Assembly: GCA_022769125.1 (NCBI GenBank)
Contig: JALEKN010000019.1
Coordinates: 49,897-81,896, forward strand
Direction: 5' to 3'
Source: Agathobacter sp.
GTDB lineage: Bacteria; Bacillota; Clostridia; Lachnospirales; Lachnospiraceae
Length of the DNA stretch: 32,000 bases
Part shown: one piece after another, positions 9,472 through 18,265 of the stretch
Position numbering within the stretch: position 1 is the stretch's first letter
How the letters are laid out: each line of letters opens with the position of its first letter
Program-made: the position numbers and the translations under genes
Notes under the pieces: generated by a model
Database searches by the model: none
The model's input: the letters and a program-made list of their open reading frames with translations, nothing else
Told to the model about the DNA's origin: nothing

Positions 9472-9518
9472 CTTAATTTAGCTTGTTTTAAGTTAATTCA
9501 TATGTTTTATTTAGCTTA

Positions 9519-9547
9519 ATTATAGCTTAGAATCTTAATTTGTTCAA
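9519..9547 (-). promoter_or_regulatory. Sigma-A-type promoter of the GH26-YesL-SBP-permease operon
   Basis: The minus strand reads TTGAAC (9547-9542), a 17-nt spacer, then TATAAT (9524-9519). It sits downstream of the esterase terminator and about 90 nt upstream of the GH26 start. Confidence 0.55.
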
Positions 9548-9619
9548 TGTTTTTTCACATTTGGCTGTTATTTTCGTCTATGTTAATGATTTTTGCATGT
9601 CATTTTTGTGCACTTTTTA

Positions 9620-9658
9620 ACAAAAAGCACTCTTTTGATAAAAAGAGTGCTTTTTTAA
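9620..9658 (-). terminator. Intrinsic terminator after the esterase gene
   Basis: Perfect hairpin AAAAGCACTCTTTT / GATA loop / AAAAGAGTGCTTTT (9623-9654), flanked by A and T runs. It lies 25 nt downstream of the esterase stop. Confidence 0.75.
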
Positions 9659-9682
9659 GTGGTTAAAGTTAATTAATTTAGT

Positions 9683-10975
9683 TTATGAAGTCAAAAATCC
9701 AAGGAGCCAGAACAGTTCCTTTTCTGTCCCTTCCGTCTTCTTTATGGTAACGGTATGTTCTGCTTCTTCCTCCGAAGTGTATACCTCAGTTGCCGTAATC
9801 GCGTCACCCCAGCCATCGGAGAAGTCCGCATTGACCGCGCGCACGCTCTCCCCGTCAACCAATATATCAAAACTGCCGCTCTTGCCATCTGTTGTCGCAA
9901 TATACAGAATCCCAAGGTTGCGGAAACGAAGTGTAACGGTAAGTCCGCCGTCGCCCTCCTCGCATATCCATCCATCTGGGAAATATTCCCCGGTGTCCTG
10001 CTCCGAGAATGTGCCAAGTTCCTCCGGTGTAACGTTGGTACGGTCTGCAATATCCGCATCCGCATAACGGTCATCCGTAGCTGCAGTTATCGAAAAAGCT
10101 TGAGGCTCCGGTAGTTCATCCCGCTGTTCATATACCTGATTCAAATATCTCCACAGCAATTCCCCCGCAATCGCATGCCCGAGTGCGGATGGATGCACCC
10201 CATCCCCGGACAATTGGCTGGCGCTGTACTGCCCGTTTTCCATCATATGCTCGATGCAGTTCGCATAACTGATCATCGGAAGTGCGTATTGAAATCCGAC
10301 AAGCACCTGATTGCCCTGCGCGTTCGTTCCGTTTGTCTGTTCCATAAACAAAAGCATGACCGCCGGGGCGCTTTCCGCCTGCAGGATGTTCCGCAGCAGA
10401 TTATCATAGGACCTTTTATAGAAGAAACTGTTTGCGTCATTTACTGCATACTCCACCAGCACGAGATCCGGCTCCTGCGACAGCACATCACGCTTTAGGC
10501 GGTGCACCCCCAGATAGGAATCTGTTCCGCCGATTCCCGCATTCACAAAGGTGATCTCCGTATCCGGAAACTGTTTTTCCCACCACTCGTGGAAGATATC
10601 CGCATATGGCCGCGAAAATCCGACGGTATCATCCAGATCCCCTTTTGCAATTGTCCCCTGTGTAATAGAGCCACCGATGCAGGCGATCGTTACAGGCTGT
10701 CCTGCCGCCGCCTTTCTCATTACCTTTGCAAGTGCTGCATCATCACAGCTCGGCCATTGATCCGCAAGTGCCATCTCATCCCCGCTCACATAATCCGTAA
10801 GCGGCTCGACTGCTTCTTTTCTAACTGTCTGTCCAGAGTCTTGTTCTTCCTGGTGCTCCTGCTCCCTGGCAGTCTGCGTATCTGCCGGGTCGTAAGTACT
10901 CTCCGGTGCTGTCTGGCAGGCCGAAACAAACATCACTGTAAGTGCAAGTACCGCTGCATACCATCTTTTCTTCAT
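9683..10975 (-). CDS. SGNH/GDSL-family carbohydrate (acetyl-mannan type) esterase lipoprotein with a C-terminal beta-sandwich domain
   Basis: Lipobox MFVSA/C. SGNH blocks: I IACIGGSITQG, II NAGIGGTDS, III EYAVNDAN, V DGVHPSALGH. The roughly 130-aa C-terminal module (GLTVTLRFRNLGILYIATTDGKSGSFDILVDGE..) looks CBM-like. Confidence 0.85.
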   Translation of the reverse strand: MKKRWYAAVLALTVMFVSACQTAPESTYDPADTQTAREQEHQEEQDSGQTVRKEAVEPLTDYVSGDEMALADQWPSCDDAALAKVMRKAAAGQPVTIACIGGSITQGTIAKGDLDDTVGFSRPYADIFHEWWEKQFPDTEITFVNAGIGGTDSYLGVHRLKRDVLSQEPDLVLVEYAVNDANSFFYKRSYDNLLRNILQAESAPAVMLLFMEQTNGTNAQGNQVLVGFQYALPMISYANCIEHMMENGQYSASQLSGDGVHPSALGHAIAGELLWRYLNQVYEQRDELPEPQAFSITAATDDRYADADIADRTNVTPEELGTFSEQDTGEYFPDGWICEEGDGGLTVTLRFRNLGILYIATTDGKSGSFDILVDGESVRAVNADFSDGWGDAITATEVYTSEEEAEHTVTIKKTEGTEKELFWLLGFLTS

Positions 10976-11064
10976 TCCTGTTCTCCGTTTTCTGTCAGGT
11001 CCGCCATGCCCTGCAATCTGTCACCTGCAGCATCGCCGCCCGATCATATCATCCGATGGGAGAG

Positions 11065-12087
11065 CTAGATTCTGCGTACACTGTTCTTGAGCACGAGATG
11101 CCCTTCTACCACATGGATTCTGCTACTGTCTGCCCCATGTGACATTTTCTGGATCAGTGCCGCAACACTCTGCGCTGCCATCTCCTCAAAATCAACTTCA
11201 TAAGAAGTGATCTCCACATTGCACAGATCTGGGTGGATATAATTGTCGTATCCAACCACAGATATATCCTCCGGCACACGATAGCCCTGACGCTGCAATT
11301 TGTTGATCAGTTTCCCTGCAACAAGGTCGCAGTTGCAGAAAAATGCAGTCGGCATCTCATCCGGAAGCACCATCATATTTTCATCATCAATCAGACCGCT
11401 TGATACATTGCGGTCATTGATATGCCAATCCTTACGGATCTCGATTCCATGCTCCATAAGTGCCTTTACATACCCAAGATATCTGTCTGTGATCGAGCTT
11501 GTTGCAAGAAGTGTTCCAACATAAGCGATCTTTGTGTGTCCCATGGAAAGCAGATAGTTTGTCGCATAGTATCCGCCATAGTAATTATCCGATACCACAG
11601 CATCGGTGGTCTTTCCCTCATCCGCGAAATCCATGTAAACGGTAGGTATTTTTGTTTTTTCACGAATCAATGCAAGATAACGCTCGGATGGCTTTCCGAC
11701 AACAATAATACCGTCTACTTTCTGCTCCTCGAGCAGTTTCGGAAGCTCAAGTGCCTTCTCCATCTGCTGGCTGACCACCTCAAGCATGGTAAAGCTTCCC
11801 TTTTCCATCGCATGCGTTGCGACACGCTGGTACATCATCCAGTAAAAAGAGTCATATTTATCCAGATAAGATTCCTGTATGATTACACCAATGTTATAGC
11901 TTTTTACAGCCGGGCGTCTGCCGGCTGCATTTTTTGTAGGTATATACCCCATCTCATCTGCCAGCTTCTGGATGCGTTCCCTCATCTCTTCACTGACTCC
12001 TTTTTGTCCGGAGAGTGCCTTTGATACAGTCACTACGCTGACATTCAATTTTTCCGCAATATCTGCAAGTTTTACTGCCTTTGCCAT
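11065..12087 (-). CDS. LacI-family transcriptional regulator
   Basis: HTH motif VKLADIAEKLNVSVVTVSKALSGQKGVS plus a periplasmic-binding-like sugar sensor domain. I prefer the ATG at 12087 (MAKAVKL..) with GGAGG 8 nt upstream over the longer ORF-track start. This start shares 1 nt with the GH36 stop (TGATG). Confidence 0.9.
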   Translation of the reverse strand: MAKAVKLADIAEKLNVSVVTVSKALSGQKGVSEEMRERIQKLADEMGYIPTKNAAGRRPAVKSYNIGVIIQESYLDKYDSFYWMMYQRVATHAMEKGSFTMLEVVSQQMEKALELPKLLEEQKVDGIIVVGKPSERYLALIREKTKIPTVYMDFADEGKTTDAVVSDNYYGGYYATNYLLSMGHTKIAYVGTLLATSSITDRYLGYVKALMEHGIEIRKDWHINDRNVSSGLIDDENMMVLPDEMPTAFFCNCDLVAGKLINKLQRQGYRVPEDISVVGYDNYIHPDLCNVEITSYEVDFEEMAAQSVAALIQKMSHGADSSRIHVVEGHLVLKNSVRRI

Positions 12088-14279
12088 CAATTGCCTCCTT
12101 CTATAATATGGATCAGCTTCGACTGGAAATCTCCCCACATATTCTGGATCAGAATTCCGGCATTCATCAATGTATCGCCGTAGTACAGCTTGTCTTCACC
12201 CTCAATACGATACTGTTTCTTCGGGTCAAGTCCGTACAGGTGAATCCTGCGGCTGTGATAATTCGGGCGGTTCAACACCTGTACGAAAGTGATCAGTGCT
12301 TCGGATTTGTCCTTTGCCACAACCTCATAACAATCGTACATGTGATTCTCACGATAAGAAGCAATACGATAATAGTCGCCACCACGGACAAGCGGATTGT
12401 ACTTATGATACCGCTCAATCTGCTCCGGAATCTGTGCACGGTCTTCCTCCGGAATCTTCGTAATATCAAGCTCATATCCGAAGGTTCCAGCAAGTGCTAC
12501 ATTGCCTCTTGTTGCAAACGGTGTCACACGGCCCACCGTATGATTCGGGCAGTCGGAAACATGTGCTCCCATTGTGGACAGCGGGTAGATCAGTGATGTT
12601 CCCTCCTGGATGGAGAGTCGCTCGATCGCATCCGTATCATCAGAGCACCAGATCTGCGGGCTGTAGTAGAGCATTCCCGGATCAAAACGTGCGCCACCGC
12701 CGGAGCAGTTCTCCAGAAGCAGATTTGGGAATTCTGCCAGCAGGCGTTCCTGCAGTTCGTATACCGCAAGTACATAACGGTGGCAAAGCTCTCCCTGATT
12801 CTCTTTTCCCAGATAGGTGCTGCCAAGATCGGTAAGCTGACGGTTCATATCCCATTTTACATACTCGATGTTCGCGCTTCTCAAAATATTTGCGATGCTT
12901 TCATATACGTAGTCAACGACTTCTCTGCGGCTCAGATCAAGAGCGTACTGATTTCTGGAGCGGCATGCGGTTCTTCCTTCGATCGCAATCGCCCAATCCG
13001 GATGCTCACGGTACAAATTAGAATCCGGGGAGATCATCTCCGGCTCAAACCAGATACCGAACTTGAGTCCGATCTTGTTGACTTCATCTACCAGATATTT
13101 GATACCACCCTGAATCTTGTTCTCATTGACCGTCCAGTCTCCAAGGCTTGTATTATCGTCATTTCTGTATCCGAACCAGCCATCATCCATGACAAGCATC
13201 TCAATACCTGCCTTTTTTGCCTCGCGTGCAATGGATAAAAGCTTCTCGGTGTCAAAGTTAAAGTAGGTTGCCTCCCAGTTGTTGATGAGGACAGGGCGTT
13301 CCTTTGTGCGGTATGGACTGCGGATCAGATGCTCGCGGTACAGGTCATGCAGATTTCTGCTCATCTGTCCAAGTCCGTTTGCGGAGTAGGTCATGACAAC
13401 CTCCGGCGCAACAAAGCTGTCGCCCGGGCGAAGCTGGTAGCAGAAATTGTCCGGATGGATACCCATCTGTACGCGCAGGCTGTCAAACTGTGACTTTTCT
13501 ACCTGTGCAAGGAAATTGCCGGAATATACAAAGTGGAAGCCATATACAGAGCCGCTCTCCTGTGTGGCTTTCTCTGACACAAGTGCCACAAACGGATGAT
13601 CCTGATGGGAGGACTCGCCTCTGGTAGACCCTACACTCTGCTTTCCATATCCGATATTGCGGAAATCCATCTGACGCTCTCTCGCCCATGAGCCGTGGAG
13701 TGTCAGCATCTGGTAGTCCTCCTGATCCATATCCAGACTTAGTGACATGATCTTTGTCAGATATATTGTCTCCCCGGAAGCATTCTTTACAGTAATGCTG
13801 CGTGTGATCACATCCTCTTTTTCAAATACGGAATAGAACAGCGTAGCCTCTAGTCCAAGAACCGGATCTGCCACATCAAGTTCGAGCGTCATCACTTCTC
13901 CCTTTGGCGCAAAGGTTGCCGGAAGGCCTTTAAGAGCCGGCTTCTCGTCTGTGATTCTGTGTCCGCAATATACAAACTGTACAGCCTCGTGATTCTTTGC
14001 GTCTCTTACTGCAATGGCACTCTCCCGGTAATCACCTACCTGATTGCCCGGATATTCGGTCGGGAAAGTGTCGAAGAAGGAGCTTCTGTCACGGTTGTTC
14101 TTTGACGGTACAAACGGAGCCTCCTCCGTCCGGAGCAGATACGCCACATCAGCGTCACTGATCTTTGCTCCGTAATATGCGTGTCCTAAAAACTGCTCCT
14201 CGTCGCAGATTGCAATTACATAGGTTGTGTTCTTTGTATCTAACTTGAATGTCTTGGTCGTCTCATTAAATTGAATCAT
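12087..14279 (-). CDS. GH36 alpha-galactosidase
   Basis: 730 aa with no signal peptide. GH36 catalytic motifs IEYVKWDMNR and ENCSGGGARFD are present, and the overall length and architecture match AgaA/RafA-type enzymes. Confidence 0.93.
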   Translation of the reverse strand: MIQFNETTKTFKLDTKNTTYVIAICDEEQFLGHAYYGAKISDADVAYLLRTEEAPFVPSKNNRDRSSFFDTFPTEYPGNQVGDYRESAIAVRDAKNHEAVQFVYCGHRITDEKPALKGLPATFAPKGEVMTLELDVADPVLGLEATLFYSVFEKEDVITRSITVKNASGETIYLTKIMSLSLDMDQEDYQMLTLHGSWARERQMDFRNIGYGKQSVGSTRGESSHQDHPFVALVSEKATQESGSVYGFHFVYSGNFLAQVEKSQFDSLRVQMGIHPDNFCYQLRPGDSFVAPEVVMTYSANGLGQMSRNLHDLYREHLIRSPYRTKERPVLINNWEATYFNFDTEKLLSIAREAKKAGIEMLVMDDGWFGYRNDDNTSLGDWTVNENKIQGGIKYLVDEVNKIGLKFGIWFEPEMISPDSNLYREHPDWAIAIEGRTACRSRNQYALDLSRREVVDYVYESIANILRSANIEYVKWDMNRQLTDLGSTYLGKENQGELCHRYVLAVYELQERLLAEFPNLLLENCSGGGARFDPGMLYYSPQIWCSDDTDAIERLSIQEGTSLIYPLSTMGAHVSDCPNHTVGRVTPFATRGNVALAGTFGYELDITKIPEEDRAQIPEQIERYHKYNPLVRGGDYYRIASYRENHMYDCYEVVAKDKSEALITFVQVLNRPNYHSRRIHLYGLDPKKQYRIEGEDKLYYGDTLMNAGILIQNMWGDFQSKLIHIIEGGN

Positions 14280-14353
14280 ACATTTTCTCCATCTCTATAT
14301 ATTTTATTTTCCCACAGTCCATCCACTTTTCTGCGGGTTGTTTCCTTTTCGTT

Positions 14354-15856
14354 TTAAAAATCCGATTCTTTGCTGTATGAAAGGAAACCATTTACTGTCT
14401 CTTTCTGCATTTCAGAGAAAACAGATCTTGGATCATTATAGTACCGGACAAAGTCGTCTATCATCTCATGTCCGTAGCGCGTGCCGTCCGCATCAACGTG
14501 CTCTACAATCGGTGCATAAAAGGTATTGTGCTTTCCAAAGTTCGCCCACAGCAAAAAGTAGGAGCTTTTTGTCTTAGCAACAGCATCGAGCACATCCATG
14601 TACCAGCGCCGGTTGCAGTTGCCAGAACGGAACAGTGCCGTAGCATTGTCTCCCTCGTCCGGGACATCCGTTGCAAGTCCGGTCTCCGTCACCGCCATCA
14701 GACGGTCATGTGCCGCCGCGAAATCCTGTAAAACCTTAAGCTGCTTTTCAAAGTCCTTAAAGAAGATCTCATCCTGCCCCTTCTGCGAGATGCGGTCATA
14801 CATATCCACGCCGACCATGTCCACATAGTCATCTCCCGGATAACGCGCTTCAAATTCCTCCGGGCTTTTCGGTTCACTGCCCGGACTGTATACATAGAGG
14901 AAATTATGCACGTTCTTCGCGTCACGCAGATAGTCAATCGTATACCGGAACAGGGCCTTAAACTCCTCCGGTGTGCAATGCTCCTCGCCCCACCAGAACC
15001 AGCTTCCTGTGTTCTCATGGAATGGGCGGAACATGATCGGTCCCTCCAGAAGATGCGCAAAGTCAGCAATCATATCAAGATACGCAAGGTACACCTCATT
15101 GTACGCGCCGCCCGGCATGATCGCATTCACCACATCACCCTCCAACACATTCGGGGTATATGGGCTGAAATCGTACTTGGCATAAATCACATCGGATGGA
15201 TAGTGCTTCTGCGGCAGTGCAAAATCCGGGTCATCCGCCTGCTGCTTTTTCGCAAGCGACTGTTCATCCTGTGCTGCTGCATCGTCCGCCTGCCCGTCCC
15301 CGCGATACTCCGGGAAAAGCGCCACCTTCGTAAAGTTCGGCATGTGCGCGGATAAGCTGACCACGCTGCCACGCTCCATCGCATAGTTTGCCAGCTTTGC
15401 AGCTGCCACAACATTCGCATAGGCGGTTCCAAGGGCTTCCTCGTTGATCGCTCCGTCCGGAAAGCCGCCTTTTCCGGCATATAGCCGGTTATATTTCTTC
15501 ACGTTAAATTCACATCCGGTAAACGCTAATGCATCCATGCCGATCACACCCGGCAGTTCTCCGGTCACATCTTCTGTATCAGAAAAAGACAGGTCCTTTG
15601 CCCCTGCCTTTTTCCATAGATCATTCTGATGTCCGTACATCACACAGCCAGACCGGCCTACCGCCTCCATATACTGATACAGCCTGCGCGTATGCGCATC
15701 CGCATTTTTGTCTGCAAGCACAGCATCGGTGCGAAGGGCAATCTGCTCCTGTACGTTATCCCCCCGCATAATAACCAAGGAATCCGATTCTATTTTTAGT
15801 CTGTTTTTATTGCACGGTTTAAGCTCCGCGCGAATAATTTCTGCTGTCAATTCCAT
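14354..15856 (-). CDS. GH26-family glycoside hydrolase without a signal peptide (predicted cytoplasmic beta-mannan-oligosaccharide hydrolase)
   Basis: GH26 motifs FRPFHENTGSWFWWG (acid/base) and MAVTETG (nucleophile). The N-terminus MELTAEIIRAELKPCNK is not hydrophobic. There is an acidic low-complexity insertion, GDGQADDAAAQDEQSLAKKQQADDPDF. Confidence 0.8.
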   Translation of the reverse strand: MELTAEIIRAELKPCNKNRLKIESDSLVIMRGDNVQEQIALRTDAVLADKNADAHTRRLYQYMEAVGRSGCVMYGHQNDLWKKAGAKDLSFSDTEDVTGELPGVIGMDALAFTGCEFNVKKYNRLYAGKGGFPDGAINEEALGTAYANVVAAAKLANYAMERGSVVSLSAHMPNFTKVALFPEYRGDGQADDAAAQDEQSLAKKQQADDPDFALPQKHYPSDVIYAKYDFSPYTPNVLEGDVVNAIMPGGAYNEVYLAYLDMIADFAHLLEGPIMFRPFHENTGSWFWWGEEHCTPEEFKALFRYTIDYLRDAKNVHNFLYVYSPGSEPKSPEEFEARYPGDDYVDMVGVDMYDRISQKGQDEIFFKDFEKQLKVLQDFAAAHDRLMAVTETGLATDVPDEGDNATALFRSGNCNRRWYMDVLDAVAKTKSSYFLLWANFGKHNTFYAPIVEHVDADGTRYGHEMIDDFVRYYNDPRSVFSEMQKETVNGFLSYSKESDF

Positions 15857-15936
15857 AAATTTCTCCGTAGCTTCTTCTTAATATCATAGTACATTTTTGT
15901 ATGTCATACTTCTCCGATCATACACCGTACTTTCCC

Positions 15937-15951
15937 TATCATACTATGATA
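15937..15951. promoter_or_regulatory. 15-bp perfect palindrome TATCATA-N-TATGATA upstream of the GH26c-GH36-LacI-esterase operon; candidate operator
   Basis: Seven-bp arms around a single central base. Further ATCATA/TCATAC words occur at about 15883, 15904 and 15918, between the palindrome and the start codon (15856). Confidence 0.3.
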
Positions 15952-16138
15952 TCCCGGTAAAATTTGGAATTGATAAAATCAACAAATTTAATTTATTTTT
16001 TTAGATATTTTAGCTAATTTCCGTTTAATTTAGTCTAGTCGTTTACTTTATTAAACTACTCCGGTAAAATCTAATCTTCTGTAAACTCCTTGCCATCCGT
16101 GAGTTTAATGTAGGTAAAATTGTCTGAGCCTGTAATTC

Positions 16139-16924
16139 CTATTCCCGGTGCGGGCATTTTGCAAACAGGCGGTATGCATTTTCCTCCGTGATCCGCTCTA
16201 CCTCCTGCGGTGTGATTCCCTTCAGCTCGGCAATCTTTGCGATGACATACGGGATATTGCGGGAATCGTTGCGCGTGCCGCGGTGCGGCTCCGGTGCCAT
16301 ATACGGGCTGTCGGTTTCAAGCAAAATCCGCTCCATCGGGATCGTCTGCACCGTCTCCACCAGTTTCTTTGCATTCTTAAAGGTGACAACTCCCCCGACT
16401 CCGATGTAGTAGCCCATGCGCACAAATTCCTGCGCCAGCTCCGGCGAATAGGAATAGCAGTGGATCACACCCGGAATCGTCTTTGCGTGATTGTCCCGCA
16501 TCACCTGAAGCGTGTCTGCTGCCGCATCGCGCGAGTGGATGATCACCGGGAGACCTGCTTCCCTTGCAAGCTGAAGCTGCCTGCCAAACCAGTAGCGCTG
16601 TTTTTCCTGCACATCCGCTTCCTTATCCCAATAGTAGTCCAGCCCGATCTCTCCAACCGCAACTGTTTTTGCATAGGTGGTCTGTTCCTTAAGCCACGCG
16701 AAGGTGTCCTCATTCAGATCTGCAACATCACTCGGATGCACGCCGACCGCCGCGTAGATGAACGGATAGCGCTTCGCCAGCTCCAGCGTCGTCTGCGTTG
16801 AGTGGATGGATGCCCCGACGTTGATGATCGGATGCACGCCGCTCTCATGCACTGCCCGGATCAGCTCGTCCCTGTCCTCCGTGAATTTGTCGTCGTCGTA
16901 ATGTGCGTGTGTCTCAAATATCAT
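16139..16924 (-). CDS. tatD: TatD-family metal-dependent hydrolase/DNase
   Basis: N-terminal MIFETHAHYDD (the HxH metal site), with GLDYYW, IHSRDA and ETDSPY motifs. I prefer the ATG at 16924 with AGGAG 8 nt upstream over the 15-codon-longer ORF-track start. Confidence 0.9.
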   Translation of the reverse strand: MIFETHAHYDDDKFTEDRDELIRAVHESGVHPIINVGASIHSTQTTLELAKRYPFIYAAVGVHPSDVADLNEDTFAWLKEQTTYAKTVAVGEIGLDYYWDKEADVQEKQRYWFGRQLQLAREAGLPVIIHSRDAAADTLQVMRDNHAKTIPGVIHCYSYSPELAQEFVRMGYYIGVGGVVTFKNAKKLVETVQTIPMERILLETDSPYMAPEPHRGTRNDSRNIPYVIAKIAELKGITPQEVERITEENAYRLFAKCPHRE

Positions 16925-16954
16925 TTTATTTCTCCTAATATTCCTATATTTTGC

Positions 16955-17013
16955 ATCTTTCTTATGCAATATCTGTCTTTCTGATGCAATGGCTATCTTT
17001 CTGATGCAATGGC
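16955..17013. repeat. Three tandem 20-bp direct repeats (TCTTTCTKATGCAAT core)
   Basis: Two identical 19-mers TCTTTCTGATGCAATGGCT at 16975-16993 and 16995-17013, plus a degenerate copy at 16955-16973. The array starts 30 nt upstream of the tatD start. Confidence 0.8.
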
Positions 17014-17074
17014 TGGTACCTGCCGGTGTAACATATATTCCGTTGTCGTCTGCGCCATCGTCATTCGTGTTTTC

Positions 17075-17599
17075 TTATCGCTTTCTGCGCTCCAGCAGCT
17101 CCTGCGGCCATTCCATATTTGTAAGAAGCGGAAGGATATAGCCCATAAAAATGGCAAATACAACCGTCTTTGCGGTCAACCGGTGGCAGATTGCCAGCGA
17201 TAGCAGAAGCTGTCCTGCGATATACGCAATTCCGGTATAGCTGCAGAAGCGGAGCAGCTTCTTTCTACGATATAACCGCAGATCTGCACTGTCAATGGGA
17301 ACATATCGAAGGATTGCGGCTATGTTCTTCCCCTCCGGCATCGTGTTCCCCAGTGTCACCTCACGGTACACGCGGTAGGGCTGCAGGTACAGGTATGGTC
17401 CCAAGAAGCCGAAAAACAGCATGATCGCCGGGACGAGCGATACCGTGTGAAGCTCATGCGGAACCCACATGTAAATCCCATATATGACTGCGATAAGTCC
17501 CGATCCGAACCACACCCCGATGCTTTCCGGGCGGTAGGATAAGAACTCCCTGTAAAATTCGTCGATGATCTGTTGTCTGTCTTTTGCATTCGTTTTCAT
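17075..17599 (-). CDS. Small polytopic membrane protein, partner of the second ABC ATPase (family unknown)
   Basis: 174 aa with about 4 hydrophobic helices. The start overlaps the ATPase stop (ATGA at 17596-17599). Confidence 0.6.
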   Translation of the reverse strand: MKTNAKDRQQIIDEFYREFLSYRPESIGVWFGSGLIAVIYGIYMWVPHELHTVSLVPAIMLFFGFLGPYLYLQPYRVYREVTLGNTMPEGKNIAAILRYVPIDSADLRLYRRKKLLRFCSYTGIAYIAGQLLLSLAICHRLTAKTVVFAIFMGYILPLLTNMEWPQELLERRKR

Positions 17600-18240
17600 T
17601 GTGCACTCTCCCCAAATGAGATCAGCTTTCCCTGATCTAAGATCCCAATGTAATCCATTTTTCTGTGCATCTCTTCCTCGATATGGCTTGTCATGAGTAT
17701 CGATGCCTTTTCATCCGCGATCACTTCCTGCAAAAGCCGGAAGAACTCGATCCGGAATACCGGATCCATGCCCGCCGTCACCTCGTCCAGAAGATACAAA
17801 GATGGGTGGTGTGCTATCGCAAATGCCATCTGGAAGCGGAAGAACTCACCGCGTGAGAGCTTGCCGACCGTCCGATAGCCCGGAAGCTCCATCCGTTTTA
17901 TCTGCTCCTTAAAAAGCTCCATGTCCCACTCCTCATAAAATCGTCCCATCAATTCTGCGTTCTGGATGATGGAGCGCTCCATGAAAAACGGATTCTGCTC
18001 GGTCACAAGCCCAATCTTGTTTTTCATCCGGCGAAAGTCCTCCCGGATGTCCACTCCATCGATCCGTATCGTCCCGGTATACTGCTGCATCGGATTTACG
18101 ATGTAGTCGATAAGCGTGCTCTTTCCGGCTCCGTTCTTTCCTGCAAGTCCCATGATATACCCTTCCGGAAGTGCGAAGGATACATCCTGCAATGCAAATT
18201 TTTTATTTGTTCCTGTCACATGTTCAAATTCGAGTAACAT
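17596..18240 (-). CDS. ABC transporter ATP-binding protein (YtrB-like, short form)
   Basis: Walker A GKNGAGKST, degenerate signature LSRGE, Walker B LYLLDEVT, H-loop TSHI. I prefer the ATG at 18240 (MLLEFEHV) with AGGAGG 8 nt upstream. Confidence 0.85.
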   Translation of the reverse strand: MLLEFEHVTGTNKKFALQDVSFALPEGYIMGLAGKNGAGKSTLIDYIVNPMQQYTGTIRIDGVDIREDFRRMKNKIGLVTEQNPFFMERSIIQNAELMGRFYEEWDMELFKEQIKRMELPGYRTVGKLSRGEFFRFQMAFAIAHHPSLYLLDEVTAGMDPVFRIEFFRLLQEVIADEKASILMTSHIEEEMHRKMDYIGILDQGKLISFGESAQ

Positions 18241-18265
18241 TTTTCCTCCTACTCTGTGCCACACG

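Noticed and set aside
12088-12138. Longer ORF-track starts for lacI (12138), tatD (16969), the second ABC ATPase (18264), metG (24513) and the small protein (21825).
   Set aside because: In each case an internal ATG is preceded by a canonical GGAGG-type SD at 6-9 nt and matches the family's usual N-terminus. The longer starts lack an SD or overlap the upstream gene extensively.
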